This document shows, piece after piece, positions 9,860-20,220 of a stretch of 64,000 nt of DNA (position 1 is its first letter; each line of letters begins with the position of its first letter). A program made the translations under genes and the position numbers. The notes beneath the pieces were generated by a model. It saw only the letters and a program-made list of their open reading frames with translations, was not told the DNA's origin and ran no database searches. Source of the DNA: a virus (taxonomy: Duplodnaviria; Caudoviricetes); IMG/VR virus record IMGVR_UViG_3300037455_000173, positions 32,001 through 96,000 of that record. One strand, 5' to 3'.

Positions 9860-10532
9860 CGTTACCCCTACTTCCTGTATAATCTAATGACTCTAAGTCA
9901 CCGTATTCTATTGTAGTTGCTTCCTCGAATGTTAGGTACTTCCAGACAAAATCATACGGACGAGCTACCGACGGTATTTTACCCATATTATAGATTTCAT
10001 CTTCCCAGAAATAATCGAAAGCGAATTGATTATCTGGTGCAACGTCCATCCAATGTAAACAGCACTGCCTAATTCGACGTTCTATACGCTCTTTACTGGT
10101 TGGTGTTCGAGCGCCTTGTACATCTGAAATATGGTCTTGGAAATACCAAAGAACCCACTCAGCAGCGGCTTCGAATGTCGGATATATCTGACGTAGATTA
10201 CCCCAAGGTGTATAGCGTCCTATAGGTCGATTGGTTATACGACGCATCGCTTCTTTATGAGCATCTTTATACATTTTCCAATGCTCAGTCTTATACTCCA
10301 GACGTTCTGGGATTTCAGGTTCATTACTGAAATCCCATTTAGATACGTCATAATTATATGTCAAGTCAGTAATACCAAGTATTTTCTGACGATAAACCTC
10401 ATTACGCAAACTAACGATATGTCTGCGATATTTCTGATACGGTGTAAGTTGAGCAAATCTTTCTGGATTCATCCAACGTAACTTCCACCGTATCTTATCT
10501 TTTTGAAGCGAATTACGCATCAGAGGTTGCAT
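9834..10532 (-). CDS. NUMOD1-like DNA-binding domain protein
   Basis: IGRYTPWGNLRQIYPTFEAAAEW..I..CC..YFW pattern; start at TAATG overlap behind GGAGG. Confidence 0.55.
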   Translation of the reverse strand: MQPLMRNSLQKDKIRWKLRWMNPERFAQLTPYQKYRRHIVSLRNEVYRQKILGITDLTYNYDVSKWDFSNEPEIPERLEYKTEHWKMYKDAHKEAMRRITNRPIGRYTPWGNLRQIYPTFEAAAEWVLWYFQDHISDVQGARTPTSKERIERRIRQCCLHWMDVAPDNQFAFDYFWEDEIYNMGKIPSVARPYDFVWKYLTFEEATTIEYGDLESLDYTGSRGNGAKTKLQD

Positions 10533-10849
10533 TAATCTTCCTCCTTGAGGTCCTTTCCAGGAATCTGCTCCATTTTCCACTCGTAGCCATATGCAGATTT
10601 AGTATCATCGCAACCATATACAGCAAATTGAATACGCTTATATATGCTTTCTTCTTTTGCTTTTGTTTTGCTGTGGTTTTTAACCCACTCAACAGCATCC
10701 CACATATTATCATATGTCTGTTTAACAACACCGTCTTCTAGACGTTGTACATGATACTCGGTTGTGCTATCAGAAATCTGCTCCTTGGTTTCTTCTGTGT
10801 GCTCGTGATTAGCAAACGAAGAATTGAGTGATTTAGTAATACGTAACAT
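10532..10849 (-). CDS. NUMOD3/NUMOD1-like small DNA-binding protein
   Basis: HTEETKEQIS and SAYGYEWK motifs; no nuclease domain. Confidence 0.6.
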   Translation of the reverse strand: MLRITKSLNSSFANHEHTEETKEQISDSTTEYHVQRLEDGVVKQTYDNMWDAVEWVKNHSKTKAKEESIYKRIQFAVYGCDDTKSAYGYEWKMEQIPGKDLKEED

Positions 10850-10858
10850 ATTATCACC

Positions 10859-12499
10859 TCAGTTTAGCATAGACTCATCGAAACCTAGAACGTTAATCAT
10901 TAACTTCTTAGCTTCTTCCTCGCTAACACCTAGTTCTTCCATGATAGCTTTCATCTCATGCTGTGTTTCGGTATCCCAGTTACCTGATACTGGTGTAGAT
11001 GATGAATATCTATCAGCTATCTCATAAAGTTTATCAGTATCGATAGATGAATTTAAGTCTTCACCTTCAGGGAATCTGAACTTCATATCCTGGTCGATTG
11101 CTTCTTTAGCTTCATCAACTGTCTTATATACACCTGGTAAGAAAGCACCATAAGGGCTAACGCATACATAACCTATCCTATCTGAACCGGATATAAAGTA
11201 ACCACGATATCTCATACCATCGTTCATCAAGTCAGGTGATTCAGGGTCGATGGTAGAATTATTCAAAGACACATCATCGACGATTATTGCAAAACCGCCT
11301 TCAAGTGGTTTAATTCCTGCTAGCTTAATACCCATTTCTTTTGCTAGAGGTTCTACATCAGCTGACTCCATACCGCGTACGATAATCTTGTAACCGGTTT
11401 TGCCATCTTCCATAGTCGGTACGGCACTAACCTGTTGAGCTGTTTGCTTGATTTTATCCACGAATACCTTAAGTGCAGGATTATCATGTACCGAACTATT
11501 TAGTTCAGATTTCTTGGAAGAATCCATCTTAACATTATCTTCCATATCGCAAATGGTTTCCCAGCTACAATTTGGATACTGTTCATCGAAACTATCAAGA
11601 ATAGCCTCGTATAACTCAATACCAGTTAAACCTGCCGGTACCTCGATTACAGCTGGTTCGTCTATTTCATTACCATTCTCATCTACATAGAATACCTGAT
11701 ATGCCTGATTAGCTTCAGCTATAGGTTCTTCCTCAGATAATGAACTATTAGTAGATGTAGTACTATTGAAGTTTGCAACGTCAGCTACAATCTCCTCGAT
11801 AGCACGGTCGATAACGTCTTCGTAACCATTTCCACCCTCAAAGCTAATCTGCATTGTAGTGGCGTTAGGACGTGCCAACTCCTTTACAGCTACCTCATAG
11901 CCCTTGTCGAATAACTCACCCTCGATGATATTCCGAAGGTCCATCAGCTGTGACTTTTCACGACCAAAATTCTCTGGTACGGTTACCTCACTAATCGAAC
12001 AGTTCAGATTACTGTCGATATCTGGTTCGTTACCTAGAGGATTGATTGCCATCGTATTCAGCACCTCATCAACAAGACCTAAATCTTCAAGTGCCTCTAC
12101 TACTGCAACTAGAGCCTCGTGCGTATCGATATCAGAAAGCTGCTCCCGTAGGTTAGAGCCTTCAGGAGCAGCTTCATCGTTGATTGCAGAAAGAACTTCA
12201 TCGGCTTTACCTAGGTACTCTATGCATTGAACTACATAAGTCAGAACGTCGTGTTCATCATCACCGGCGTCTGCAAGAACTTCCTTTATGTTTTCTGAAC
12301 AGTCTAGTTCATTCTTTTTTCTAGAGGAATCGAACTGAGATACATAATCATCGTAGTCACTTCCGTAGAGCAGCTTTTCTGACTCATCGATGAATTCAAC
12401 TGCATCATCAAGATTGTCGAAATCATAGTATTCACCTTCATAATTGATTAAGAAGGAGTCACCAGATTCACTCTGTTCGATAGTGTACCCATGGTACAT
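10859..12499 (-). CDS. Large acidic protein, probably -1 frameshift extension of 12529..13668
   Basis: Multiple LNSS/LNCS motifs; weak RBS; frame open upstream to the A8G run. Confidence 0.75.
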   Translation of the reverse strand: MYHGYTIEQSESGDSFLINYEGEYYDFDNLDDAVEFIDESEKLLYGSDYDDYVSQFDSSRKKNELDCSENIKEVLADAGDDEHDVLTYVVQCIEYLGKADEVLSAINDEAAPEGSNLREQLSDIDTHEALVAVVEALEDLGLVDEVLNTMAINPLGNEPDIDSNLNCSISEVTVPENFGREKSQLMDLRNIIEGELFDKGYEVAVKELARPNATTMQISFEGGNGYEDVIDRAIEEIVADVANFNSTTSTNSSLSEEEPIAEANQAYQVFYVDENGNEIDEPAVIEVPAGLTGIELYEAILDSFDEQYPNCSWETICDMEDNVKMDSSKKSELNSSVHDNPALKVFVDKIKQTAQQVSAVPTMEDGKTGYKIIVRGMESADVEPLAKEMGIKLAGIKPLEGGFAIIVDDVSLNNSTIDPESPDLMNDGMRYRGYFISGSDRIGYVCVSPYGAFLPGVYKTVDEAKEAIDQDMKFRFPEGEDLNSSIDTDKLYEIADRYSSSTPVSGNWDTETQHEMKAIMEELGVSEEEAKKLMINVLGFDESMLN

Positions 12500-12528
12500 A
12501 TACAGACCGTCACCGGTCGATTCAACAT

Positions 12529-13668
12529 TTAGTTCTTTTTTTTAGATGAGTCGAGTTCTTCGTCACCCTCAGCAACTTCCTCTACCTCAGTTTCCTCTAC
12601 AGGAAGTGCAGGCTGAGTTGCTGTTGCGATTACAACGAATCCTTCAGGAATTTCCTCATCTTCATCTTCCTTAATGAAGAGTGAAATTTCGTTAGTTTCA
12701 GGATTCTGAATAATCTGAATGTCACTGAGTGAAATCTCATTACCGGACTCTGTCATGATTTTAGGCTCACTGTCTTCAGCACAGTTGAGCTCCTTGGAGC
12801 TAGCAAGGCTGCTATTAGCAGACTGAACATCCCACTCGTTGTAACTACCTGGCCAGGCCATAAAGAAGGAAGTAACTTCTGGTACATTTTGGCTAAGGTA
12901 CTGTTTGAGTGAGCGGACAAGACTTGGTAGGCAGCTATTATGAAATGCCTCCTCGCCTTCACCTGCAACTACATACTCGCCTTCTGAATCTCTAGCCTTG
13001 TCGTCAAACTCGATATTTAGGATTGTATCAGAACCACTACCAGGTTCGCCTACGCTCCAGCCCTGATTATCGACGTTTCTATCGACGCGCCAACCGGTGA
13101 TAGCTAAATCACTACCTATTTCAGAATTAGTGCTTGTAATCCAGTCTTCTACTATTTTCTTCGCGCCATCCATCTCCGGTGAAGACTCTTCATCAAATTT
13201 AGGCTTATCATTCTCGAAACCAAAATTGACACCACGGTTATCGCGTTGGTCAGCCAGTTCAACACCTAGAGAACCATCACTGTCGTAGTCATCTTCTTTA
13301 ACATACCAACCACCATTTCCGCGACACCAGAGCTGTGTAACGCCGTCTTTGGTAGCCCAGAATTCACCGTCATAGTTGTCAACTTCGTCGATAGTTGCAA
13401 GACGCTCAACTGTTGCACCAGTCCTCTCCTCGAATGCATCGATGAGCTCTTCAGCTTCTTCCTGAGTATAAATCTGCTCCTCGTTTACCAGCTGATTAAT
13501 CACCTCTTCACGACTACAGTTCAGTTTCTGCTTTCTGCGGTCTTTAATTGATTCTGGTAACTTCTTGGAGCTATTCAACGCCTTATTTCTAGGACGTCTC
13601 ATAGGTGCCTTCTCTTCTGTCTTTTCAGAAGACTTACCAGGCATGATGTTTCTGTTTACATTTACCAT
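12529..13668 (-). CDS. Acidic protein with LNSS/LNCS motifs (probable head/internal protein)
   Basis: AAAGGAG RBS; ends in AAA AAA AAG AAC TAA. Confidence 0.75.
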   Translation of the reverse strand: MVNVNRNIMPGKSSEKTEEKAPMRRPRNKALNSSKKLPESIKDRRKQKLNCSREEVINQLVNEEQIYTQEEAEELIDAFEERTGATVERLATIDEVDNYDGEFWATKDGVTQLWCRGNGGWYVKEDDYDSDGSLGVELADQRDNRGVNFGFENDKPKFDEESSPEMDGAKKIVEDWITSTNSEIGSDLAITGWRVDRNVDNQGWSVGEPGSGSDTILNIEFDDKARDSEGEYVVAGEGEEAFHNSCLPSLVRSLKQYLSQNVPEVTSFFMAWPGSYNEWDVQSANSSLASSKELNCAEDSEPKIMTESGNEISLSDIQIIQNPETNEISLFIKEDEDEEIPEGFVVIATATQPALPVEETEVEEVAEGDEELDSSKKKN

Positions 13669-13927
13669 GATAGATTTCTCCTTTCGGTAGATAAATTTAA
13701 TAGTGTATCTCGAGATATACTATCTACAGACATACCAGAATATATCTGTATACCTTATTATACACGACTTTATCAGTATGTTCCAGATACACTTTAACTA
13801 TATTAATATTATAACATATTTCTATAAACGCTACGAAGTTATAAAAATGGTTTTGTTTAACTGCTACATTGTGTAACCATACCAATATACACACAAATAC
13901 CACGCAATTAAGCAAAACCAAATAGAA

Positions 13928-14362
13928 TTATTTTCCTGTTGAACCGAAACCACTCGCACCACGTTCTGTTTCTGAAAGTTCATCTACTTCCTCGAATTCT
14001 ACAGGTAAATACGGTAATACTACCAGCTGTGCGATACGGTCACCTGGTTCGATGATACGGTTCATATCGGTATCGTTATGTAGTGCCACGATATATTCAC
14101 CTCTATAATCCTCATCACATACACCAACGCAATTTGCAGGGCGTAGACCCTGTTTTGCTGCTAAACCACTTCTAGCAAATATAGCACCGAAATATCCTTC
14201 AGGTATCGCGATAGCTAAACCAGTTCCTATCTTAGTAGTAGTATGTGGCTTGATTAACACAGATTCCACACTGTCTGCATATAAATCATAACCAGCAGCT
14301 TTATCAGAGCCTCGAGTTGGTAATTTTGCTGTTTCTGTTAATTTCTTAATCTGAATTTTCAA
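13928..14362 (-). CDS. dut: Trimeric dUTPase
   Basis: AAGYDL, ARSGLA, GVCDEDYRGE, RIAQLV, RGASGFGSTG. Confidence 0.97.
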   Translation of the reverse strand: MKIQIKKLTETAKLPTRGSDKAAGYDLYADSVESVLIKPHTTTKIGTGLAIAIPEGYFGAIFARSGLAAKQGLRPANCVGVCDEDYRGEYIVALHNDTDMNRIIEPGDRIAQLVVLPYLPVEFEEVDELSETERGASGFGSTGK

Positions 14363-14643
14363 AACAAATCCTCCCTCGGGTTAAGTACCCGATTTAATAT
14401 ATCTTTAAGCTGCACTGACCGAACTTTAGCAGTTTCAGCTAAGGCACTGAATATTAGATATGTATCTAATTTATCACCGTCGAACGTTATAGCCTGTGTG
14501 TTACCCTGATTATCGGTAGTAATTACAGATATTAGACTAACTTCAGAACGTGCCGGTGACAGACCACCAAGCATATCGGTTAACTGCTCTAAACCGGTTA
14601 TACGCGCAGTTAGGTTTTGTATCTTAGATTCCTCTTCGGTCAT
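14359..14643 (-). CDS. Hypothetical protein
   Basis: ORF between ligase and dut. Confidence 0.55.
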   Translation of the reverse strand: MTEEESKIQNLTARITGLEQLTDMLGGLSPARSEVSLISVITTDNQGNTQAITFDGDKLDTYLIFSALAETAKVRSVQLKDILNRVLNPREDLF

Positions 14644-14710
14644 ATACAGCCCTTCTTTCAAGATAGATAGAAACATATGTCTATGTTTCTATCTATAATA
14701 ACCTTTTATG

Positions 14711-16411
14711 TCATAGTGTCCTATCAGAGAATATCTCACAGATTCCTGCGATAACTTCCTGGATAAACGGTATCTGAAGTTGATTATAAACTGACTCACC
14801 CTTTGCTTTACCTATCAAGTCTTGTAGTGTAGCACACGGTAACTTAGCAAAACCATACAGAGCAGCTGAATAGGTAGAACCAGGATTATTGGTCTTAAAG
14901 TAGGTTTCTATACTCTGTGCTGCAGCTTGTGCTAGATTATTAATACCTAATCCTACAAGTATCTGAGCAAAGGTCATGTTCTTCTTAGATTCTTCTACTC
15001 TTTGTAGGTACGTATTCATCTTAGCTTTACCGCTACCAGGTAGAGTCATAATCTCGATAGGTTTTATCTTATAAAAGTCAGCAGGTACTCTGAGCTTACC
15101 ACGCTCATATAGAGCTTCTACCAGACTTCCCGCAACACCCTTAAAATTACCTATTTTCTTGTCAGTCCAACCATTCAATCTAGCGAGTAACTTCTCTCTA
15201 CACTGAATATTACTACAAATACCTAGTTCTGCATCCTCGGTAAGTGGTTCACCACAAGCCGGACATACCGTAGGCTTTTCGAACGGTATAGAGTCTTCTG
15301 TATGGCGAGTGGATTTTATAGCCGGTATGATATCGCCTGCTTTATACACTACTACCATATCGTTCTTTTGAACTCCTAGCTGTTTAATTCTTTCCCAGTT
15401 ATGCAGAGTTGCTTTGGAAATGGTACTACCCATTACAAGGACCGGTTCGAGTATAGCAACTGGGTTTAACCTACCTGTCGAACCTACCTGCCATTCTATA
15501 TCCTTCAGACGTGTTTCTTGTTCTTGTGCTGGGAATTTATAAGCAACTGCCCAGTTCGGTACTACACCATTGTCACCGACTGTGCTACGTCTATCGATGT
15601 TGTTGAACTTTACAACCATACCGTCAATCGGTATATCGAGTTCCTCACGAGAGTCTGAAATAGCCTTGAGGATATCTTCTAGGTTATCCCATTTATCTAA
15701 GACAACGTGATACACTACCGGAAAATTGTTGTCCATCAAGAAGCCCAAATCCTGCATTTGGGTGCGGCCTTCGACAGACTGTTGCATTTTATCGATGTTA
15801 TACGCAGAGAACGAAAGGTACGCTGCCCTTTCTAATTCATTCTGACGTTTAAATATACCTACAGCAGTATTTCGGGGATTAGCTTGTTTTCCATACTTCT
15901 TACAGTATTCCTCGAAACGAGATTTCTTCATGAATACCTCTCCATGTACAATGAGTTCCCAAGAAATGGGTATGGTCTTAGGAATATCAGCTATGTACTG
16001 AGCTGCCGCTATACACTCTACACCTATGTGACCGTCACCACGAGTAGACGCAGACACAAGCTTGCCGTCTCGATATATTAATTGTACCGATAAACCATCA
16101 AGTTTATGCTCTAAGCTAAATAAGGTTATTGCCTTGAACTTATCCATAAACGCTTGTGTATCGGTAATCGTGAATACATCTTTAAGGCTTAGCATAGGTA
16201 CGGGGTGAACCACATCACCACCATCACTGGGGTTTACCGAGCGAGTCGGGCTGTTTGTCGCAGCTCTGTTCCATTTCTCATATTCGTATATGTCGTTCAT
16301 ATACGAATCGTAGAGCTCGTCTGAAATGCCTGTATTAGCGCCTTGCATATACAAGGGTCTAGCCGCATTTACTACCTCGATTAATTCATGATATCGGTCT
16401 TTTGTAATCAT
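14711..16411 (-). CDS. ligA: NAD+-dependent DNA ligase (no BRCT domain)
   Basis: HPVPMLSL, EHKLDGLS, STRGDG, NPRN, IDGMVVK, AYKFPA, KAGDIIP, C4 zinc finger. Confidence 0.96.
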   Translation of the reverse strand: MITKDRYHELIEVVNAARPLYMQGANTGISDELYDSYMNDIYEYEKWNRAATNSPTRSVNPSDGGDVVHPVPMLSLKDVFTITDTQAFMDKFKAITLFSLEHKLDGLSVQLIYRDGKLVSASTRGDGHIGVECIAAAQYIADIPKTIPISWELIVHGEVFMKKSRFEEYCKKYGKQANPRNTAVGIFKRQNELERAAYLSFSAYNIDKMQQSVEGRTQMQDLGFLMDNNFPVVYHVVLDKWDNLEDILKAISDSREELDIPIDGMVVKFNNIDRRSTVGDNGVVPNWAVAYKFPAQEQETRLKDIEWQVGSTGRLNPVAILEPVLVMGSTISKATLHNWERIKQLGVQKNDMVVVYKAGDIIPAIKSTRHTEDSIPFEKPTVCPACGEPLTEDAELGICSNIQCREKLLARLNGWTDKKIGNFKGVAGSLVEALYERGKLRVPADFYKIKPIEIMTLPGSGKAKMNTYLQRVEESKKNMTFAQILVGLGINNLAQAAAQSIETYFKTNNPGSTYSAALYGFAKLPCATLQDLIGKAKGESVYNQLQIPFIQEVIAGICEIFSDRTL

Positions 16412-16608
16412 TATTTACCTCCTAGGATTATATTTTCATGGGACTTTACCTTTTCAAGAATACAGTCCCACGATAATTCTTTTTCAGGATAACTGTCGAT
16501 GTAGAAATCTCTATCATTATAGATGTAGATGATATGATATATCCGTGACTTGGTAGCTTTACACCAGTGTGTCTTACAACGCCACGGACCTAAGCAATTA
16601 TCTTTCAT
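16411..16608 (-). CDS. Hypothetical protein
   Basis: Coupled small ORF. Confidence 0.5.
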   Translation of the reverse strand: MKDNCLGPWRCKTHWCKATKSRIYHIIYIYNDRDFYIDSYPEKELSWDCILEKVKSHENIILGGK

Positions 16609-16624
16609 TAGAACTCACCTTAAC

Positions 16625-17119
16625 TCACACCTCACCGGTACATATACATATTTCAAGGTCAGTATGCTTGAACACTTCCTTAATAAGGTCTGAAACATCA
16701 TGCCAGCTCCTTTTATCTAGACCACAAGCTATTCTTGGCATACCCAACCGTTTAACATTTTTATACGCCGAATTAGCCGCTAACTGTTCACGTAAAGCTA
16801 CCAACGATTCTCTAACGGTATTAAGGGTTGGTTTATTCCAGAAATTTTCTTTGGTTACTAGATTAGCTACACGATATACACCATTTTCTGGAGTATCCAT
16901 CTTCAGCTCTCGATTTAGATTAATTATTACACATCTACCCTTGCCTTCCCAGCCAAAGGTTGTTTGTGTCATACGTAACCACATATTCATCTTAAATCTC
17001 TTTCGGAATTCTCTAGCAATTCCTGCACCTAATACATAATCAGCTGAGATACAATGTGCTAATAGATATTCCTGAGGTAATGAAAATAGGTCAATCGGTC
17101 GTTCGATGTATATCATCAT
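16625..17119 (-). CDS. Macrodomain ADP-ribosylhydrolase (TARG1/DarG-like)
   Basis: LAHCISAD..LGAGIAREF, NLVTKE, MPRIACGLD. Confidence 0.9.
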   Translation of the reverse strand: MMIYIERPIDLFSLPQEYLLAHCISADYVLGAGIAREFRKRFKMNMWLRMTQTTFGWEGKGRCVIINLNRELKMDTPENGVYRVANLVTKENFWNKPTLNTVRESLVALREQLAANSAYKNVKRLGMPRIACGLDKRSWHDVSDLIKEVFKHTDLEICICTGEV

Positions 17120-17122
17120 GGT

Positions 17123-17452
17123 TCACTCCTTACCTAGTAACCGTAACGCCGCTTGCATATCTCGCCATACATATTCAGATTTATCTGTACAGGACTCCAC
17201 ACAGCACGCTACGTTTTCACCGCGATAGTGTTTACAACTTATACAACGTACGGTATGTATGTCTGCTACAGCATGCTGTAGCAACTCTTTGCACACACCG
17301 TTTTCTTTGTTGAGGTAACTACACGCATTTAATACTATTTCTAGTAAATCTTTTTCTAAGTGAGCACCGCCGGTAAGACGCATTACAGACTTACCAGTCC
17401 TATTATGTTCTCGCAAAATAGATAGTGCTTTCTCTAAAGTTACTTCTGTCAT
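17123..17452 (-). CDS. Hypothetical Cys-rich protein
   Basis: AAGGAG RBS. Confidence 0.6.
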   Translation of the reverse strand: MTEVTLEKALSILREHNRTGKSVMRLTGGAHLEKDLLEIVLNACSYLNKENGVCKELLQHAVADIHTVRCISCKHYRGENVACCVESCTDKSEYVWRDMQAALRLLGKE

Positions 17453-17462
17453 TAATGTCTCC

Positions 17463-17702
17463 TTATGCTGATACTAATTTGAGCTCCTTTGCTAGAACTA
17501 TTTCTAGATTATTCGCTAACCAATGAAATTCCCTTACGTCATCGGTAAGTTTCAGATTAGAACCATCTATAGGAATTAACTTCTTATCAGCATAGTAGGC
17601 GCCACCGATACATAGCTTTCGGTCACCGAAATACTCATAGATTAATATCGCTACATTGGTACGTAATCCAAGAATAGTATTTAGACTGTTTACATTACTC
17701 AT
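17463..17702 (-). CDS. Hypothetical protein
   Basis: Operon ORF. Confidence 0.55.
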   Translation of the reverse strand: MSNVNSLNTILGLRTNVAILIYEYFGDRKLCIGGAYYADKKLIPIDGSNLKLTDDVREFHWLANNLEIVLAKELKLVSA

Positions 17703-18186
17703 CTTTCTCGCCTCGTTTCTTGCGTAATACTAATCTATCATATGCTTGACTATCAAATTTACCGGTTTTACTGAAATGAATTAAGACCATTAAGGCATTA
17801 ACCAATTCCTGAGCTAATGCACCTAGATATGCTTCTTGCAGTAACTCTGTATCACCACCTAATATTATCGCACCTCTAGTACTGAAACAGATAAATCTAG
17901 GTCTATTTGGTAGCCCAAATCTAACTGTAATCTCGAATGGACCTTCATGATAAAAATCTGACTGCATAGTCGAATCTATTGTTACCTTAATATCGTTACC
18001 GTCTATCTGATTTGGTATTATATCGTCAACAACCTTAGCGGCTGATTTTACCAAATCCTTTAGATACGGATTATTCATATAAGAGTTGGTTACATGAATA
18101 CGCACTGATGGTGTTACGTTCATGTACATCTCGTACTTACCGTCTTCGTAACCGGTAATTATTTCATAATTCAGTTCCTCGTCCAT
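17695..18186 (-). CDS. Hypothetical protein
   Basis: GAGGAGG RBS. Confidence 0.6.
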   Translation of the reverse strand: MDEELNYEIITGYEDGKYEMYMNVTPSVRIHVTNSYMNNPYLKDLVKSAAKVVDDIIPNQIDGNDIKVTIDSTMQSDFYHEGPFEITVRFGLPNRPRFICFSTRGAIILGGDTELLQEAYLGALAQELVNALMVLIHFSKTGKFDSQAYDRLVLRKKRGEKDE

Positions 18187-18358
18187 ATCCTGCCTCCTCT
18201 AGATATGCATTAATATCGTCTATCAAGCAACTACCGTCGCAATACGCTTCATCATAGAACACTGTCTCTGAAGTTAAATCTAGCACATAGTGACTTTCTT
18301 TCTGTTTCATAAGTAAATCACGAGCTGCTCTTAATAGAGTAATTTCACGCTTTTCCAT
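18164..18358 (-). CDS. Hypothetical protein
   Basis: Start MEKRE behind AAGGAG. Confidence 0.55.
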   Translation of the reverse strand: MEKREITLLRAARDLLMKQKESHYVLDLTSETVFYDEAYCDGSCLIDDINAYLEEAGYGRGTEL

Positions 18359-18600
18359 TCTTCTTCTCCTTGAGTGAAATGGCATTATCTACGATAGCAG
18401 CTAAGGATTTATATGTTAAACCAGCATACATACCTAAATCCAACTGCTCTTCTGTTATGCCATGTGCTCGCAACTTTCTTTGTAGTTCCTGTATCTGTGT
18501 GTCAGATGCATCATATTCTCTCATAGCAAACCTCCTGTATATTTACACAAATTATATCTATATTATAACACAAAACCACATGAGTTACGAAGATGCTAAC

Positions 18601-18873
18601 TCATGTGGTTCTCATTGCTTTTACTACAAGCGGTGCTAGATAAGCAGCCACCTGATATATATTTGCCTTTCGCAGTACGCATTTATTCGTACAATCATAT
18701 ACCCTATAATAACAGTCTTTCGATTTACGTGCCGCTGCTTCTATACGGTAGTCCCAAGGTCTAGGTGAACCCTTTAATACACACCACCATTGCGGTATAT
18801 TTTGAGACCAGACTTTCTTTTCTATATACTTCGCTAAGTCTTCGATATGAAATTCGCCACGAGTACTGGTCAT
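18601..18873 (-). CDS. Hypothetical protein, paralog of 25181..25498
   Basis: Shared LA.Y.E.K.W and YR.YD...C..R...I...AAYL.P. Confidence 0.65.
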   Translation of the reverse strand: MTSTRGEFHIEDLAKYIEKKVWSQNIPQWWCVLKGSPRPWDYRIEAAARKSKDCYYRVYDCTNKCVLRKANIYQVAAYLAPLVVKAMRTT

Positions 18874-18883
18874 ATCTATCCTC

Positions 18884-19414
18884 CTATTCTAACGGGATGA
18901 CTAATGCTTCCGGACTCATTAAGCATGCCGAATTCCTATCTAGATTAATATGATTCGGCGGAAAATCACCAGGATGTTTAGCCCAATCATCAGGCAAGTC
19001 TATATTAGCTACCTTCGTACCACAGGTAGTTGCCCATCTGAATTTACTACCTACAGGTAATTCAGCAAATCTAACCTTATCTTCTTCCTTATCAAGAACT
19101 TCCGGTAGACATGGTATGCATTCTATAGGTAAATCTGTTCTAAGCATTACTCTATGCCCATTTATTAGATTTATCGCATTAGGTGTTGTAGTGCCGATTT
19201 TACTGGTTACTTCTACATTACTAATCTTCTTATAGATAACACCACTGGTTTGCATTTTAAAGCACTTACCTACAGCTAGGTCAGCTAATGTAGATACTTC
19301 ACCTTCTCTAACATGAGATTGACATCTACCAAATGCATAGCTTATTTCTGTCTCCTGACACTCACCATCCTGGTTATGGATACAACCAGTGTCAGCACAA
19401 TATACTCTTGGCAT
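18884..19414 (-). CDS. Hypothetical protein with Cys-rich N-terminus and duplicated domain
   Basis: LADLAVGKCF / FAELPVGSKF repeats. Confidence 0.6.
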   Translation of the reverse strand: MPRVYCADTGCIHNQDGECQETEISYAFGRCQSHVREGEVSTLADLAVGKCFKMQTSGVIYKKISNVEVTSKIGTTTPNAINLINGHRVMLRTDLPIECIPCLPEVLDKEEDKVRFAELPVGSKFRWATTCGTKVANIDLPDDWAKHPGDFPPNHINLDRNSACLMSPEALVIPLE

Positions 19415-19425
19415 AACTAATCCTC

Positions 19426-19650
19426 CTAGATATTTAACCAACGATATAACTTGTTAATACAACCGAATAGACAGCACGTGACCATATATAGTAATACTAT
19501 CGGCCAAAACCAAACTACCCATCCTAGACAATTATTCGTTGGGTTGAACTTTTCATAAGCCATTCCAAAACATATTCCAAAGAATATGTAAGCACCTAAT
19601 ATACCAAATATCATTAATGCAGTTGCTATTCCTACACCTATAAAGGTCAT
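19426..19650 (-). CDS. Small membrane protein
   Basis: Two hydrophobic segments, WFWP motif. Confidence 0.6.
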   Translation of the reverse strand: MTFIGVGIATALMIFGILGAYIFFGICFGMAYEKFNPTNNCLGWVVWFWPIVLLYMVTCCLFGCINKLYRWLNI

Positions 19651-20135
19651 TCTAGCTCACCTTCTTCTGCAATATAGATTACATCGGCACCTGAGATAGA
19701 ATCATCTGTCGTATGTAGATATATCAGGTCAGATGGAACACGTCGTTTATATAGTTGAACTGGCTTCGCTACACCGGCACTGCTATATCCGCACTCTGTA
19801 GCTACATTAACCTCGCAATCAGCTATTTCTGGGTATGTATCACATAGTCTAACCAAGGCGTCCGCCAGTTCACGCAGAGTAATAATTTCGGACTCCTCGT
19901 CATTTTCTTCGCAGTCACGATTACCTTGATATATCTGACTCCAGCACTTATCACAATCACATGAAGTAGCTGTGTCTACTCCAGGACAGATTCGGTAAGA
20001 ATCATCGAAACCAGCATAATCCATAGGACATCCTATTACACCGCCAGCACAGGATACATCAAGCTTGCTGGGCTGAATTGCTCCTATTATATCACGTAAC
20101 GGTTTACCGATAAACTCTGATAACATGGCACACAT
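19647..20135 (-). CDS. Hypothetical protein, Cys-rich domain shared with 26071..26460
   Basis: IGKPLRD...GCP..Y...C..CW. Confidence 0.65.
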   Translation of the reverse strand: MCAMLSEFIGKPLRDIIGAIQPSKLDVSCAGGVIGCPMDYAGFDDSYRICPGVDTATSCDCDKCWSQIYQGNRDCEENDEESEIITLRELADALVRLCDTYPEIADCEVNVATECGYSSAGVAKPVQLYKRRVPSDLIYLHTTDDSISGADVIYIAEEGELE

Positions 20136-20220
20136 GCTATTAACCTCCTTGTGTTTATTATATCTATATTATAACACATATTGGTATTATTTACGAAGTT
20201 CTGAGAACTATGCTTATCTA

